Source: Blastocystis sp. subtype 4
Lineage: Eukaryota
Direction of reading: 5' to 3'
DNA: 50,045 nucleotides
Assembly: GCF_000743755.1 (NCBI RefSeq)
Contig: NW_014569545.1
Location: 62,001 to 112,045, forward strand
Below the pieces are notes generated by a model that was given only the letters and a program-made list of their open reading frames with translations, ran no database searches and was not told the DNA's origin. Numbering within the stretch: the stretch's first letter is position 1; every line of letters begins with the position of its first letter. The translations under genes and the position numbers were made by a program. Positions 15,330 through 26,970 of the stretch are shown piece after piece.

Positions 15330-17391
15330 ATGCTTACAGAACAAGGAATTCATGATATTTTAAGTGCGATTAAAGAGGGTATTACAATTATTGTGTTTCT
15401 TATCGATAAGATGTCCGAGAACAACTTAAAGTGCAATTCAAAGATAGATCCTTTTCGAAACGAAGGAAATTATCATATAAAAGTGACTCTTTTGTATCAG
15501 ATCTTTAGTGGACTCTGATCCGTAGACAGATTCGATAAAACAGTTAGAAGAATATGGAGAAACCTTTGGTTTTCCCAGTGATATTCTTTCGGAGGTATAG
15601 AAAAGAAAATTGTAATAGGTAGATGGCAGAAGTCGCTACGCTACCTTATTTAGATCATATGATAGTAATTAAACTTATTAACTGTATGTGCCCGCGAGAT
15701 GTATGCTGATAGTATCATTGGTTATGAATAGAAAGTGGGCTCAAAGCCTGTTCTTTTGTTTCTTAGCGCCATTTCATCATTTCCTGTCGAAGTGAAAAAG
15801 GCCGTGTTTAAATGGTTGTGTGTTGTTTATCCATATTGTTCCAAGTCAGCCAAGCAACTCTTCTTAAAGCTTTATTCGTGTGTCTTTTTTCATTTAGATA
15901 TCGAAGTAATCCGTCCCTATGTTTGCCATTTGTTGTATGTGATAACTACTCGTCAAGTACGATTGAATGCATATAGGCATGTATAGACTGTGAAGAGGTA
16001 TCGAATAAGGCATTTGTATTCGCTTTATCAACAAAGTCTACGTTCTGGTCAAATCGTGAAACCGCTCTATATTCTGATGGAGCTTTTCTATCAATATGAT
16101 TCTTCATTTCTTCTTCCTCAACCTCCTAAAGGTTCATTAGGATATGGTCAATTTCTCCATGTGGATGATGAATGGAGTGATCGAATTGCTCGGATCCAAC
16201 AGGCAAATCGTGAGTATGAAATGAGTGATACCAGTACCATGTTATCTATGACAGATGGTCATACTATGATTGCTGATTTCCGTCTTCAGACTCAGCTCTC
16301 TCTTCAGAGCCGAGAACTAAGACGAACTCATGAAGTCTTTGAGGTGGTTATTATTGAATGGGTTAACTATAGTGGCCACATGCAAATGCTACGTTTTCAT
16401 CCATGGGACAAAGTAACAACAGTCTTCCTGAGGTAACGGTGGAACAGATCAATTCTCCATCAGAGCTGGTAACAGTATTACGAGGTCAACGAGTCCATTT
16501 AAGCATTCCTGACGAGTTGGATCGTTGTATGATCGTGATATCTAGATCAATATCACTCTTAGCACCTCACAGTGCTCGTTTTTCTTTGTTTGTCCTTTTC
16601 TGGAGTCAGGAACGGGATCAAATTCAATCTCGTCTCATTCGGAATCGTCTGTAAATAAATCGTCTTGTTATCTGTAGTTCCAGATTCCCTCTCTTTTATC
16701 TTCTTTGACTCGAAAACACCTTATCATGTTAAGAAGGATATTCTTAGACAGCTGATCGCACTCACCATGTTCACATATCAACTTCAACAGGAACTGATTC
16801 CTTTTGTAAGGAAACTAGCACAATATGAGAATTATGCAGATCCAGATGTGATGACCCTATTTGCATTCCTACCAATTACGCATCTTCATCAACTTAAAGA
16901 CTCTATCCAGAAACAGTTTCAAATTTCCTCTCTGTTCCAGCAAGTGAAGATGATGGAGTCACTGATGTCGGCTTGTTTCCATCTGAGGATTGTGATTCGA
17001 CGTAGTAAGATGATGATGTTGGAGGATTCAATAAGGCTCCTTGAGAGTTTGATGGAGAATTGTGTATGCCTATCTGTATTGAGTCAAGGTCCTCCCAGTA
17101 TCCTGTGCTCTCTATTCCTGTCATATCTCTATCTTCAAGTGAAAGTACAAGGACGAAAGTTATCAATCTTCTTCCCAAAGCACACCACAGTAGCATTATT
17201 AGTGGATTGGAGGGATGAATCCATACTTGCTGGACTGAATCGGTTTGTACGAAAGTTGGATCTTTATGGGGTTATGAGTCGTAGAGTACGAGATGCTCTA
17301 AGTGAATCGATGTCTGGAGAAGTCATGGAGAAATGTGTTCGATTTGAGGAGCACGTACAGGCGTGTGCATCTCAGTATAGGTTGAATATGT
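15330..17391 (+). CDS. Centromere protein I (CENP-I/Mis6) homologue
   Basis: LFLKLYSCVFFHLDIEVIRPYVCHLLYVITTRQ..VKRYRIRHLYSL matches the Mis6/CENP-I signature; stop inferred from polyadenylation at 17391. Confidence 0.8.
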
Positions 17392-17395
17392 ATTC

Positions 17396-17403
17396 TGTTT
17401 GTT
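17396..17403 (+). terminator. TGTTTGTT cleavage/polyadenylation motif
   Basis: Exact motif; in-frame codon-initial T 5 nt upstream (17391). Confidence 0.75.
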
Positions 17404-17541
17404 CGTTAACAAATCCAAATTCCCGTGGTTTTCGGTTCTGAAAAAGGGATTGGAAACTCTAAAACACGTTTTACTAAGTAAGGAAAATGTCATTAATTGT
17501 TGAGGTTACCACTTCTAACATGTTATAGATTCCTCTGTGAA

Positions 17542-19015
17542 ATGACTGTCTCTGCTATTTATGTTCTTGGTCCGACGGGAAAGGTGATCATTTCTCGTGA
17601 CTATCGAGGTGATGTCACAGATGCTGCAGTTGAAAGGTACTTCTAAAGTGTAGTCAGTAAGGGTCTTAGATTTGCTGTAATGCTCCGTGAAAAGGAAGAT
17701 ACCGAACTGAAACCAGTAACTACAGAGGGAGATATTACCTATATCTATGTGATGGTACAAATCGGTAGGAATGGATGATGTGAAGAGTGGAAATCTGTAC
17801 TTGCTAGCTCTGACGAAGCGAAATGCAAATGTTACAATGGTAATGGAATTCCTCAACCACTTGGTGAAAGTGTTCAAAGACTATTTCGGTGTCTTTGACG
17901 AGGAGCGTATTCGGTACCTAGAATGTTGTTAATTTGATTGTAGTGATAATTTTGTGATTATGTACGAGTTGTTTGATGAGATGATGGATTTTGGCTTCCC
18001 TCAAGTAGGTAAGGATGAGAAAGTTGACATGTAGATTACAGATACACAGGTGATGAAGGAGTACATCACACAAGAGAGTCAACGTCTGGAGAAAACGACT
18101 GTGGTTCCTAGCAATCTGACGAATGTGGTCAGTTGGCGTCAAGAGGGTATCAAGTATAAGAAGAATGATGTGTTCCTGGATGTAATTGAGAAGGTGAATT
18201 TGTTGGTAGCTCGTGATGGTACGGTGTTGGATAGTGAAATTGTGGGTACTGTGGAGATGAAGGTGTGTCTGTCTGGAATGCCAGAACTGAAGTTGGGTCT
18301 GAATGATAAGGTGCGCTTTGATATGGGAGACCATAAGTTGGAAGGAAGCAAGAATAGCAACAACATTGATCTGGAAGATGTTCACTTCCATCAATGTGTG
18401 CGTCTGGCTACATTTGACAATGATAAGACCATCTCTTTCATTCCTCCTGATGGTCAGTTCGATCTCATGTCCTATCGTCTCCACACACAGGTACGTCCCT
18501 TGATCTGGGTGGAGGTGACTACTACTCGCAAGGCCACTTCTATTGACTACTTTGTGAAGGCAAAGTCGAACTTCAAGGCTCATAGTACAGCCACAGACGT
18601 TGAGATATTTGTGCCTCTTCCTTCAGATGTTGATACACCTCAGTTCAATGTTGGATATGAGAGAGAGAGTAACAGGTAGACTTCACTGGGTACTGTCTCG
18701 TATGTCCCTGATAAGGATTGTCTGTTATGGAAGATCAAACAATTTTATGGTATGCGAGAGTATCATATGCGAGCTCATTTCGGATTACCTTCAGTTGAGC
18801 GTGATGATGGGGTAGAGATGAAAAGGAGATATGATGAATAGCAACAAGATGATTACCAGATGCGTCCAATTTCTGTGAACTTTGAGATTCCATACTACAC
18901 TGCATCTGGTTTACAAGTGCGGTATTTGAAGATTGTGGAGAAGAGTGGTTATCAGGCTTTACCATGGGTACGATACATCACTCGTAATGGTGATTATCAA
19001 TTAAGAATGAAATAG
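17542..19015 (+). CDS. AP1M: AP-1 complex mu subunit
   Basis: MTVSAIYVL..IISRDYRGDV; VSWRQEGIKYKKNDVFLDVIE; FHQCVRL..ISFIPPDGQFDLMSYRL; ALPWVRYIT. Confidence 0.95.
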
Positions 19016-19929
19016 TGTTTTATGTTTGTAACAAGAAAGGAATAGGAATAGCAGAATCAATCCAACAATAATGATGGGGACAACAACAAGTGCAATACAA
19101 GTGGTAACTCCACAGGAATTACCCAGATTAATAGTATAACCAATACCTACTCGTTTGGGAACACATACTGCATCATCCTATAGTGAGAAGAGATTGGAAA
19201 CCTTACATCGATGTTACAGTAGATACATCCATATTGCCAGTTATTGTCTTCTGGTCCTGTTAGTGTTTCCTTCCTACCATTGAAAGAATCGTGAATGCAT
19301 ACACTTTACTCTTTGCTAAACTCCAGACGAAGAAAACCGTAATACCCACGAACAGAATGAAAAATACGATCAGCTGAGGCCAGAAAACGATCTTATATGA
19401 ACAAGGAATGACCTTTCCCGACTCAACTTCACACTTCATGTTGTATTCCCAAGTCGGCTCGATGATAGCAAATAAAAAGACAGCTAGAATAGCTCCATAG
19501 GTTGACATCATATTCGCTACTCTTAACAATCATAGATGTGATCATCACTCACGTTGCTCTGAGTTGGTTCATACGGTTCCCCTTCTTATAATATTCGGCA
19601 TTGATTCCATTGAAAGCGGATGCAGGCATCCAACACATCATGCAACCAACCAAATCTACAACAATCGTTATTGTTAATGGAAAGATAAGAGAGAATCCAA
19701 AGAATGCATCCTATAAATTATAAGCTGTTATAACACTTATTCTTGATTGCCATCCATTGGGGGCACTATTTATATCAAAATGAGAGGCACAAGATTCCGG
19801 AAGCTTTGATTTGTTAACTACTGTGTACGCGACCAGAGGAATACAGCAAATCAAACTGATGATAAGACCTCTGATAATAAACACGTATCATAAATCCTAC
19901 GGTAGTGAGAGTTGGAAAGCACTTTTCAT
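19001..19929 (-). CDS. DUF1648/DUF5808-type membrane protein (bacterial-like family)
   Basis: KLPESCASHFDINSAPNGW (DUF1648-like) and NWQYGCIYCNID..VCVPKRVGIGYTINLG (DUF5808-like); several TM segments and short introns; may end at 19042 via a poly(A)-made stop. Confidence 0.75.
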
Positions 19930-20049
19930 TTTACAGAAATGATAAATGGTGTATTACCGTATCTTTTCATTCGGTTCAGATTTTCCGATTCCCGTCCGTA
20001 AAGTCAGTTACTCAAGGTAGTTCAAACACAACAAGTCAATAATAAAAGA

Positions 20050-21847
20050 TTAGTTCTTCTGAGAAGTGGGTTTCTCTTTCTTTCCTCGTTTCGCTGCTTT
20101 TTCCTTTTTCTCCTGTTTCACTTCCTTTTCCTTCTTCTTCTCTTGTTTCTTCACCTCCCTTGGTTTGGCTTCTTTAGATTTGGCTTCTTTCTTTGTCTTC
20201 TTGGCCAATGTCTCCTTTGTCTTCTCTTTGTCCTTCCCTTCCTTAGGCTTGGCTTTCACCTCTTTGACGTTCATTTCCTTTTCCTCATCCTCATCCACAG
20301 TCTTCGGAATGTCATTACTCAACTTCACAAACTTTGCCACATAGAAGCCGTCCGTATTATGAACATGAGGATAATATCGGCGAGTCAGGGAGAGGGATGG
20401 ATGATAATGATACTGACGAAACGTAGTGAAGCCAGGAGTACCAAATGAAAGACCTGTATCAACCAACTTCACATTACGTTTACGCAGAGCGTAATTAACA
20501 ACATCCTCATTTTCATAGACTGAGATAGAGCAAGTAGAGTACACAAGAACAGCTCCATGCTTCGAGTTGGCATCAATCGAATCGATAGCAGCTAGGATGA
20601 GCTGCTTCTGAATTGCTGCATTCGCTTGAATGTTCTTTATCGTACGATTCATCTTCACAGATGTATCTCGTGAAATAACACCCAGACCTGAGCAGGGAGC
20701 ATCCAATAGAACACGATCAAACTTTCCCATCACTTCAGGGAATTTCAAACCATTGTAGTTTGTAACAATCGTATTTGTCACTCCCAAACGGTGCAGATTC
20801 GCCACTGTGGCCACGAGACGTTCCTTCTTCAGATCATTGGCGATTAGTACACCTGTATTCTTCATGAGCTGGGCAATGTGAGACGTTTTACCACCTGGAG
20901 CCGAGCACATATCGAGGATTCGCTCATCTGGCTGGGGATTGAGAGCCATTACAGGTAACATGGAAGAGGCACTCTGAAGAATGTAATGGCCAGCGAGATA
21001 TTCAGGTGTAGCACCAATAGGAACTGGTGTATCATAGATCTTCAGACCCACTTTACTCCACTCTGCAAGAGGATCCAAATTCACACCTCGATTGATGAGA
21101 GCCTGAGCCAAGTCTCGACGACGTGTCTTCAGTGTATTGGTTCGAATCACAAGAGGACGATCATTTTCATTAGCTTCCAACCATTCTAAACACTCTTTAG
21201 GATTGAAAATATCAAAAAAGTACTCAATGAGTTCCGCATTATAACTAGACATCAACTAGAAGCCATTCCTCTTACCCATAGAACTTCGCACAATCTTTCT
21301 TCAAACGATCCATATAATCCTCTCGACTGAGAGCTGGATCTCGTTTCCTGCGGAAATCAGAAAGACAAGTAACAATATCCTGAATACGCTCTTTCAATTC
21401 ATTCAGATCGTAGACAGCATCTCCATCTTCTTTGCTAAAGGAGACATGATCCTCTTTCTTCAGATCATCTGCAATGTTTTCGTTTGCTTCCTTTTCGATT
21501 AATTTCTGGTTGCTTTCATCTTCTTCAGCTTCTTTTTCGAAATCATTCTATGCGATGACAAAACATCTCCCATTCCCCACCATTTCCTCTTCACTATCTC
21601 CTTCTTCCTCCTCTTCACTATCATCCATATTCTTCTTTAACTTTATCCATTGATTGTCCTTATCGCTAAAGGCTCTGGCATTTCCCTGAGCAATCTCATC
21701 ATCCTCTTCTTCCTCAACGCTCATCTCAGATTCAGAACTGCCGTCGCTAATAATGGCCGTTATAGAGTTCTCCTTTTCCAAGGACTTTTCCTCCTTCTCG
21801 CTTCCCTCATCGCTATTTAAGAGGTCTTCATCTTCTGAAAAGGTCAT
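20050..21847 (-). CDS. NOP2: 25S rRNA C5-methyltransferase NOP2/NSUN1
   Basis: IGATPEYLAGHYILQ, LDMCSAPGGKT, FDRVLLDAPCSG, VYSTCS, HNTDGFYVAKF. Confidence 0.95.
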
Positions 21848-22071
21848 TGCTGCCGCTGAAGATGGTTCAATTCCGAGATAATGCGGTTTTGGACTCAAAA
21901 CGGCGTTTCAATAAAGATACAATTGTCTTAGTCATTCTCGATATTGACTTCGCTGGTACAAGTGAGTAAGAATGGCATAGCAAGAGATAATAAGTAGACT
22001 GTCCATTGCGTAGCCAACCTTGATTTTGAATCCTATTACCGTAACTGCTTTTGTATCCACGCATACAATAC

Positions 22072-24737
22072 ATGGAAGAAATTAATATTGAAAATTACAC
22101 ATTGGAAGGTGTGATCACGTTCATTGCAAATAAGTTCCACGAGTCCACAAATTTTGAATTGTATCTTATTTGTAGATTTGACCGAGAACGAATTAAATGG
22201 GCTCAAGAGCGGGAAGAACTTACTCGACGAATCGCAGATTTGGAAGCTGAGAAGGCTGTTGGATCTTTATGTAGGATTATGATAATATAGTATCTGGAAC
22301 AGCAATTAGTGGAAACTATGAATCCAGCTAATCCTCACTATGAGGTGAGATTTCCTTCCATTATTGATTCGTTAGGAGAATACATCGAGCTCTCGATCTT
22401 TCTATGAGGGTTCTCTCCCAAGGCATCGAAGGTGCTCTTGCTGTAGGTTTATTCATTAGTAGTTTCAATCGTTTAACAGCAACACGTAAAGTCCTTCAAC
22501 GATATCTGAATCGATATGAAAATGAGAGTAATACCACTTCGTATTTTTCAACAGGGTTGGAGTATTGATTGGATTTGATATGCAGTCGCCCTTCGGAGCC
22601 TGTTGATACTTCGAATACTGCCTTCACCATGCCTCTCCTTCGGAATTCTAGTAATCATCTACTCTCGAGTGATCCAGTCATTCATCTTTCACTTCGTTCA
22701 GCTCCCTCTCCCTTAGTTGGCGCCCCTTCCAAAGGGAAGAATCCAGGTTCACCTTTTACTTTGACTCCAAAGGTATCGCATGTGATGGAGGAACGTGAGA
22801 GTGGGTTTGAGGATATGGAAGATGTTGATGTGAATATGATTCGGGAGATTCAGCGTCAACAACTGATGAAGAAAGAAGAACAAATTGAACTGGATACTCC
22901 TGTGAATTCTCCTTCTCAGATTATTTCTTTGGATACTTCAGTCTCTCCGTTAACATCTGAATCTAACGTTGTGGCTGTTGAGGGTGAGATGAATGAGGGT
23001 CCAGCTGCTTCCCCTCCTGTTGATATTGAGATAACTCCAGAGGTCCATACTCCGATATCTATCGAGGCTCCATCTACGAGTTTACACTCTGATGATCAGA
23101 ATCTGGTGAAGACCAATTCATCAGATGTGCAGTCTATGAATGTGCCTATGAATATGTATTCAAGTAATGTGCAACCAGCTGATACATGTCCTCCTGATGT
23201 TAATCTCGCTGATTCACGACCTAGTGACTCTCAGCCTCCTGTATCATCAACAGATTCACTACCTACAGAATCACCACATTCTGATATGCAACAAACTCAG
23301 ATAAAAGGAGTGACTACTAGACGGAGACGCAAAGTCCATGCTCCAGCTATCGCTCGAGGTGATAACTCTATCTTCCTTTCCTCCTCATCCTCTACAACAC
23401 CGTTATCCTTAGCTGGTACCAACAGTGGTCTAACAGAACCTGCAAAGCCTCTACCGAAACCCTTCCCTCTAGATTCCCAGATTGATAAGCCGATCCAGCT
23501 TTCTCGCTATAGTATCGGTCGCATTAACTCATTGTAGTCGTAGAATGGAGTTGTGATTCATAGTCACTTATCTCCACTTCGCGCCTTACAATACAGTGAG
23601 GGAGCTGGCGGAGCTCTCCTGAGTGTGGATCAGAATCATGTTATTTGTGTTTGGGAGACGTCTCGGTCTGAGTAATCCTTGAAGGATGGATTCATAGTAG
23701 GTTATGTATTAACACTCAGCCCTCTCAAGTGATCTATGGAACTCAACACTCTTGCCCTATCCTGACAGCTACGTGGGTTTCTCCAATCCAGGCAGTGGCA
23801 ACAGCAAGTAGTGATGGGAACATAGCATTGTATCGTGTGAATGATTGTTGTCCATCATCGCGCTATGTGGATGGAGGTGTGAAGGATGTGAAGGAGAATG
23901 CAGAAGAGAATCGCCGGTGGAACGGGATGTTCGACACATTCCCCAGCAACCCGTAGGATTTGGGTGGAGAGTGAGACATAGAATGAGTCTGATGACAGAT
24001 CACAGTGAGGCTGTGTGGGCTCTTTTCAACAATGAAATGGCTTCAGATCGTAGTAAATATCTCTTGTTCTCAGCGAGTGCTTCAGGTAGTGTGATGGCTC
24101 ATGATGTGGAGCATGGTAAGAATGAATGAGAGAAATGAGGTCTAGAAACAACAACTCATTATCCAATGAAGAATGATGGTGATGTTGTTGTCTCGTTCTC
24201 TAGCAATGCTGAACATAGCAAACATATTTTCTGTGGTCATTTATCAGGACAAATGAGTATGGTTGATGTGGAGACACAACAACTGGTTCATAGTTTCACT
24301 CCATTAAATGATGATTGGAAGAAGGATAGTGTAAGAGGGATGATGAGACTGTAACGAATAGGTTTATTCTGTAAACGTTCATCCAACTCTTCCTCTTGTT
24401 GTTGTGGGAACAAAGTATGGCAAGATTCACCTCTATGATATTCGGGATCCTACTGTGAGTGTTAGTTATAGTGCTCACTCAGATTCAGTATCCCAGGTGA
24501 GTTTCCATCCGTGGATCAATGTCGTGGTTTCAAGTGGTTATGATGGATCATTACGTTTGTGGTGTGCTCGTGATCGTACATTAATGCACCAATATAATGT
24601 AAGGTTATGGAAGTAATGTAATAGCTAGAATATTTGTCCATCCATATTTGATGAGTCTGGATTACTCTTCTCGATCAGCGAACAAAATGGATCTGTAATT
24701 GTTGGAGGTTCTTCAGGCTCTATTTATTGCCTAGTCT
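22072..24737 (+). CDS. Striatin family protein (N-terminal coiled coil, C-terminal WD40)
   Basis: YTLEGVITFI..FDRERIKWAQEREELTRRIADLEAEK striatin N-terminus; WD40 repeats; final exon FDES..GGSSGSIYCLV; stop inferred at 24737. Confidence 0.85.
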
Positions 24738-24774
24738 ATTCTGTTTGGATCAAACACAGACATCTAGTAATACA

Positions 24775-25575
24775 TCACATTGCAATTCGAATCCGAATTG
24801 CTTCAATCATCTGACCACTTCCCTCTGTTCCAGCATCTTCTCCATCCTTCATCCAAGACTGCCAGCCCAATCCCTTTATACAAACACAATAGAATACATG
24901 ATAGTTTTCTACATTCAGAAGACGAATACGAATACTCTCCATACGTAAACCTTGCCGTTCAGTTCCACAGACAACATCATTCGACACCTCATCCAACCAA
25001 CCCTTGTTTTCCACATTTGCTTGCATAATCAATTTACCTGGACCACTATAATGAATGTACAAAGCTTCTAATCGTTGTCCTTTCCCTTCGATTCCCAGAA
25101 CTTGATTGTCACCAACGAAGTTAGTCCATCCAACATTTTGGACATATCCACGGTATAAGAGGTGCGGTTCATCCATTACAACTTGGAACTCAAAGGCAAT
25201 CACACACAAACTGCCATCAGGATCTCCTGCAATATCAAAATCACGTTTCCAATCTGACCAAGACCCATCATTCATGCATACGCGATAAAAGACATGATAT
25301 CCAGGAACATTCACTAAACGAATCCGGATAGCATTCATTCTCTTTTTATTATCTGTATCTCCACATGTTTCCTCATTAACAATAGGAGACATCCAACCAC
25401 TTCCTTCCAGAGAACACTGAATAATCAGGTTATCTATACCTGTTGATGCGATCTGAAAACAAGTAACACCATTTTGGGCGTCTAGTGTCCCAGATGTCTC
25501 CCCCATTCGAACCCATTCACTCCATCCACTTACAATCCCACAAGAACGATAACGAATATCTTGGGTTGTTACCAT
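24775..25575 (-). CDS. Clostridial hydrophobic-W (ChW) repeat protein, intronless
   Basis: About six repeats such as YRGYVQNVGWTNFVGDNQVLGIEGKGQRLEAL and GLGWQSWMKDGEDAGTEGSGQMIEAIRIRI. Confidence 0.9.
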   Translation of the reverse strand: MVTTQDIRYRSCGIVSGWSEWVRMGETSGTLDAQNGVTCFQIASTGIDNLIIQCSLEGSGWMSPIVNEETCGDTDNKKRMNAIRIRLVNVPGYHVFYRVCMNDGSWSDWKRDFDIAGDPDGSLCVIAFEFQVVMDEPHLLYRGYVQNVGWTNFVGDNQVLGIEGKGQRLEALYIHYSGPGKLIMQANVENKGWLDEVSNDVVCGTERQGLRMESIRIRLLNVENYHVFYCVCIKGLGWQSWMKDGEDAGTEGSGQMIEAIRIRIAM

Positions 25576-25674
25576 AGAAAGGATCCGAGGCTATGCGAAT
25601 TGGACTTTACGCCAATTCGTCAGTTTTGGGGTCATGAAGCCCAATCAATTGTGTTCATTTTTCGAAAATTGAAC

Positions 25675-26930
25675 ATGGCTAGAAAGGTGTACACACCCAA
25701 TCCAGTCTTAGATGTAATCCTCCCTATTGGATTTAGCTCCTTGGCCCTTTATGTTTGGTATGCCTACATGCTATAAGATATAATGTTATAGCTATTATCT
25801 GTACAGAGAAGGAGAGTTGTTCTGGACACTTGTTCTATCGGTAGTTGCCGTAGCAATAGTAGTTCCTATTGTGGAATTCTTACTGCGGTGGAGTGGTCAG
25901 AAGGTGTCAAGTCGTTTCCTTAATGACAAGAAGCATGGTAAGCAAGTTCTTACTCCCATGATGTAAAGGTGATCCTCTATCAAAGGTGTACTCTCTTAAG
26001 AAGTTCGTAGATCAGGTAGTAGAGTGGTCCTAATTTTACACTAGGGCTGGCAGTTTGTATATCATTCTGTATTCAGTGTCTGGGAGTATTTGTTGTTGAA
26101 GAAGTACAACTGGTTCCAAAATGATCCAGATTGGTACCCACTTACTGGGGAAAACAAGGTTCCTCATGATATTCGCGTACTGTTTACAGTACAGATCGTA
26201 CGGGTCATTATTGTCTATGATTCTAGGCTCTTTGGCTCTACCAAGCTTATCGTCATGTATTTGTAAACCAGCGGAAGAAGGATTATTATCCCTTATTCCT
26301 GCATCATATTGTTACTCTCAGTTTATGTTGTATCAATCAAATTATTCATCTTACGTCTAGTCTATGCTCAAGTTAGCTATTATCAAATGGGTTTATTGAT
26401 TCTCTTCGTAAGTGGTTCTGTATTTCCATGAGGGCTAGCTACATGATCATAGTGATATCTTCATCGATGTCTTAAAGATGTTGAACTTGTGTCAAATCGA
26501 AGGTGCTAGTGATTTCTTCATCCTGGAGACTGTGTATGCTAGCACCATTATCGTCTGGTTAGTACAACGACTCTACAATTTGCCAACTGTTTGATCTGGG
26601 AGGGGATATGAGATGTAGTTGTTCTTACGAGCCTTTTTGGGAATGATCCGTTACTACAAGGAGCTGACTCCGCAACAAGCCATTTGCAAGGAGTGGTTAT
26701 TCTCTCTGGAAGTTCTGTGTTGCTGTGTTCTTTATTGTTTACATATCTATTGGTTTGCATTGCTTCTTCGAATTGGTTTCCGAGCCTTTGTTAAGTGGGA
26801 GTCATTCGAGGGTATTATGCATAGGGATCCTGGTACTCTTCATGAGGTCTCCAAGAAGGGATATGAAGGTGATTCAGATGAAGAGTCCTCGGAAACATCT
26901 CCAATCGTTGAAAAGCGTAAACAAGAATAA
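25675..26930 (+). CDS. Ceramide synthase (LAG1/TLC domain)
   Basis: KKFVDQGWQFVYH..RKKDYYPLFLHHIVT..LHDHSDIFIDVLK..CLHIYWFALLLR..EGDSDEE Lag1 motif. Confidence 0.88.
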
Positions 26931-26970
26931 GTCTCTGTTTGTTAGTAATAATCTGTCATCTGTTGTTGCT

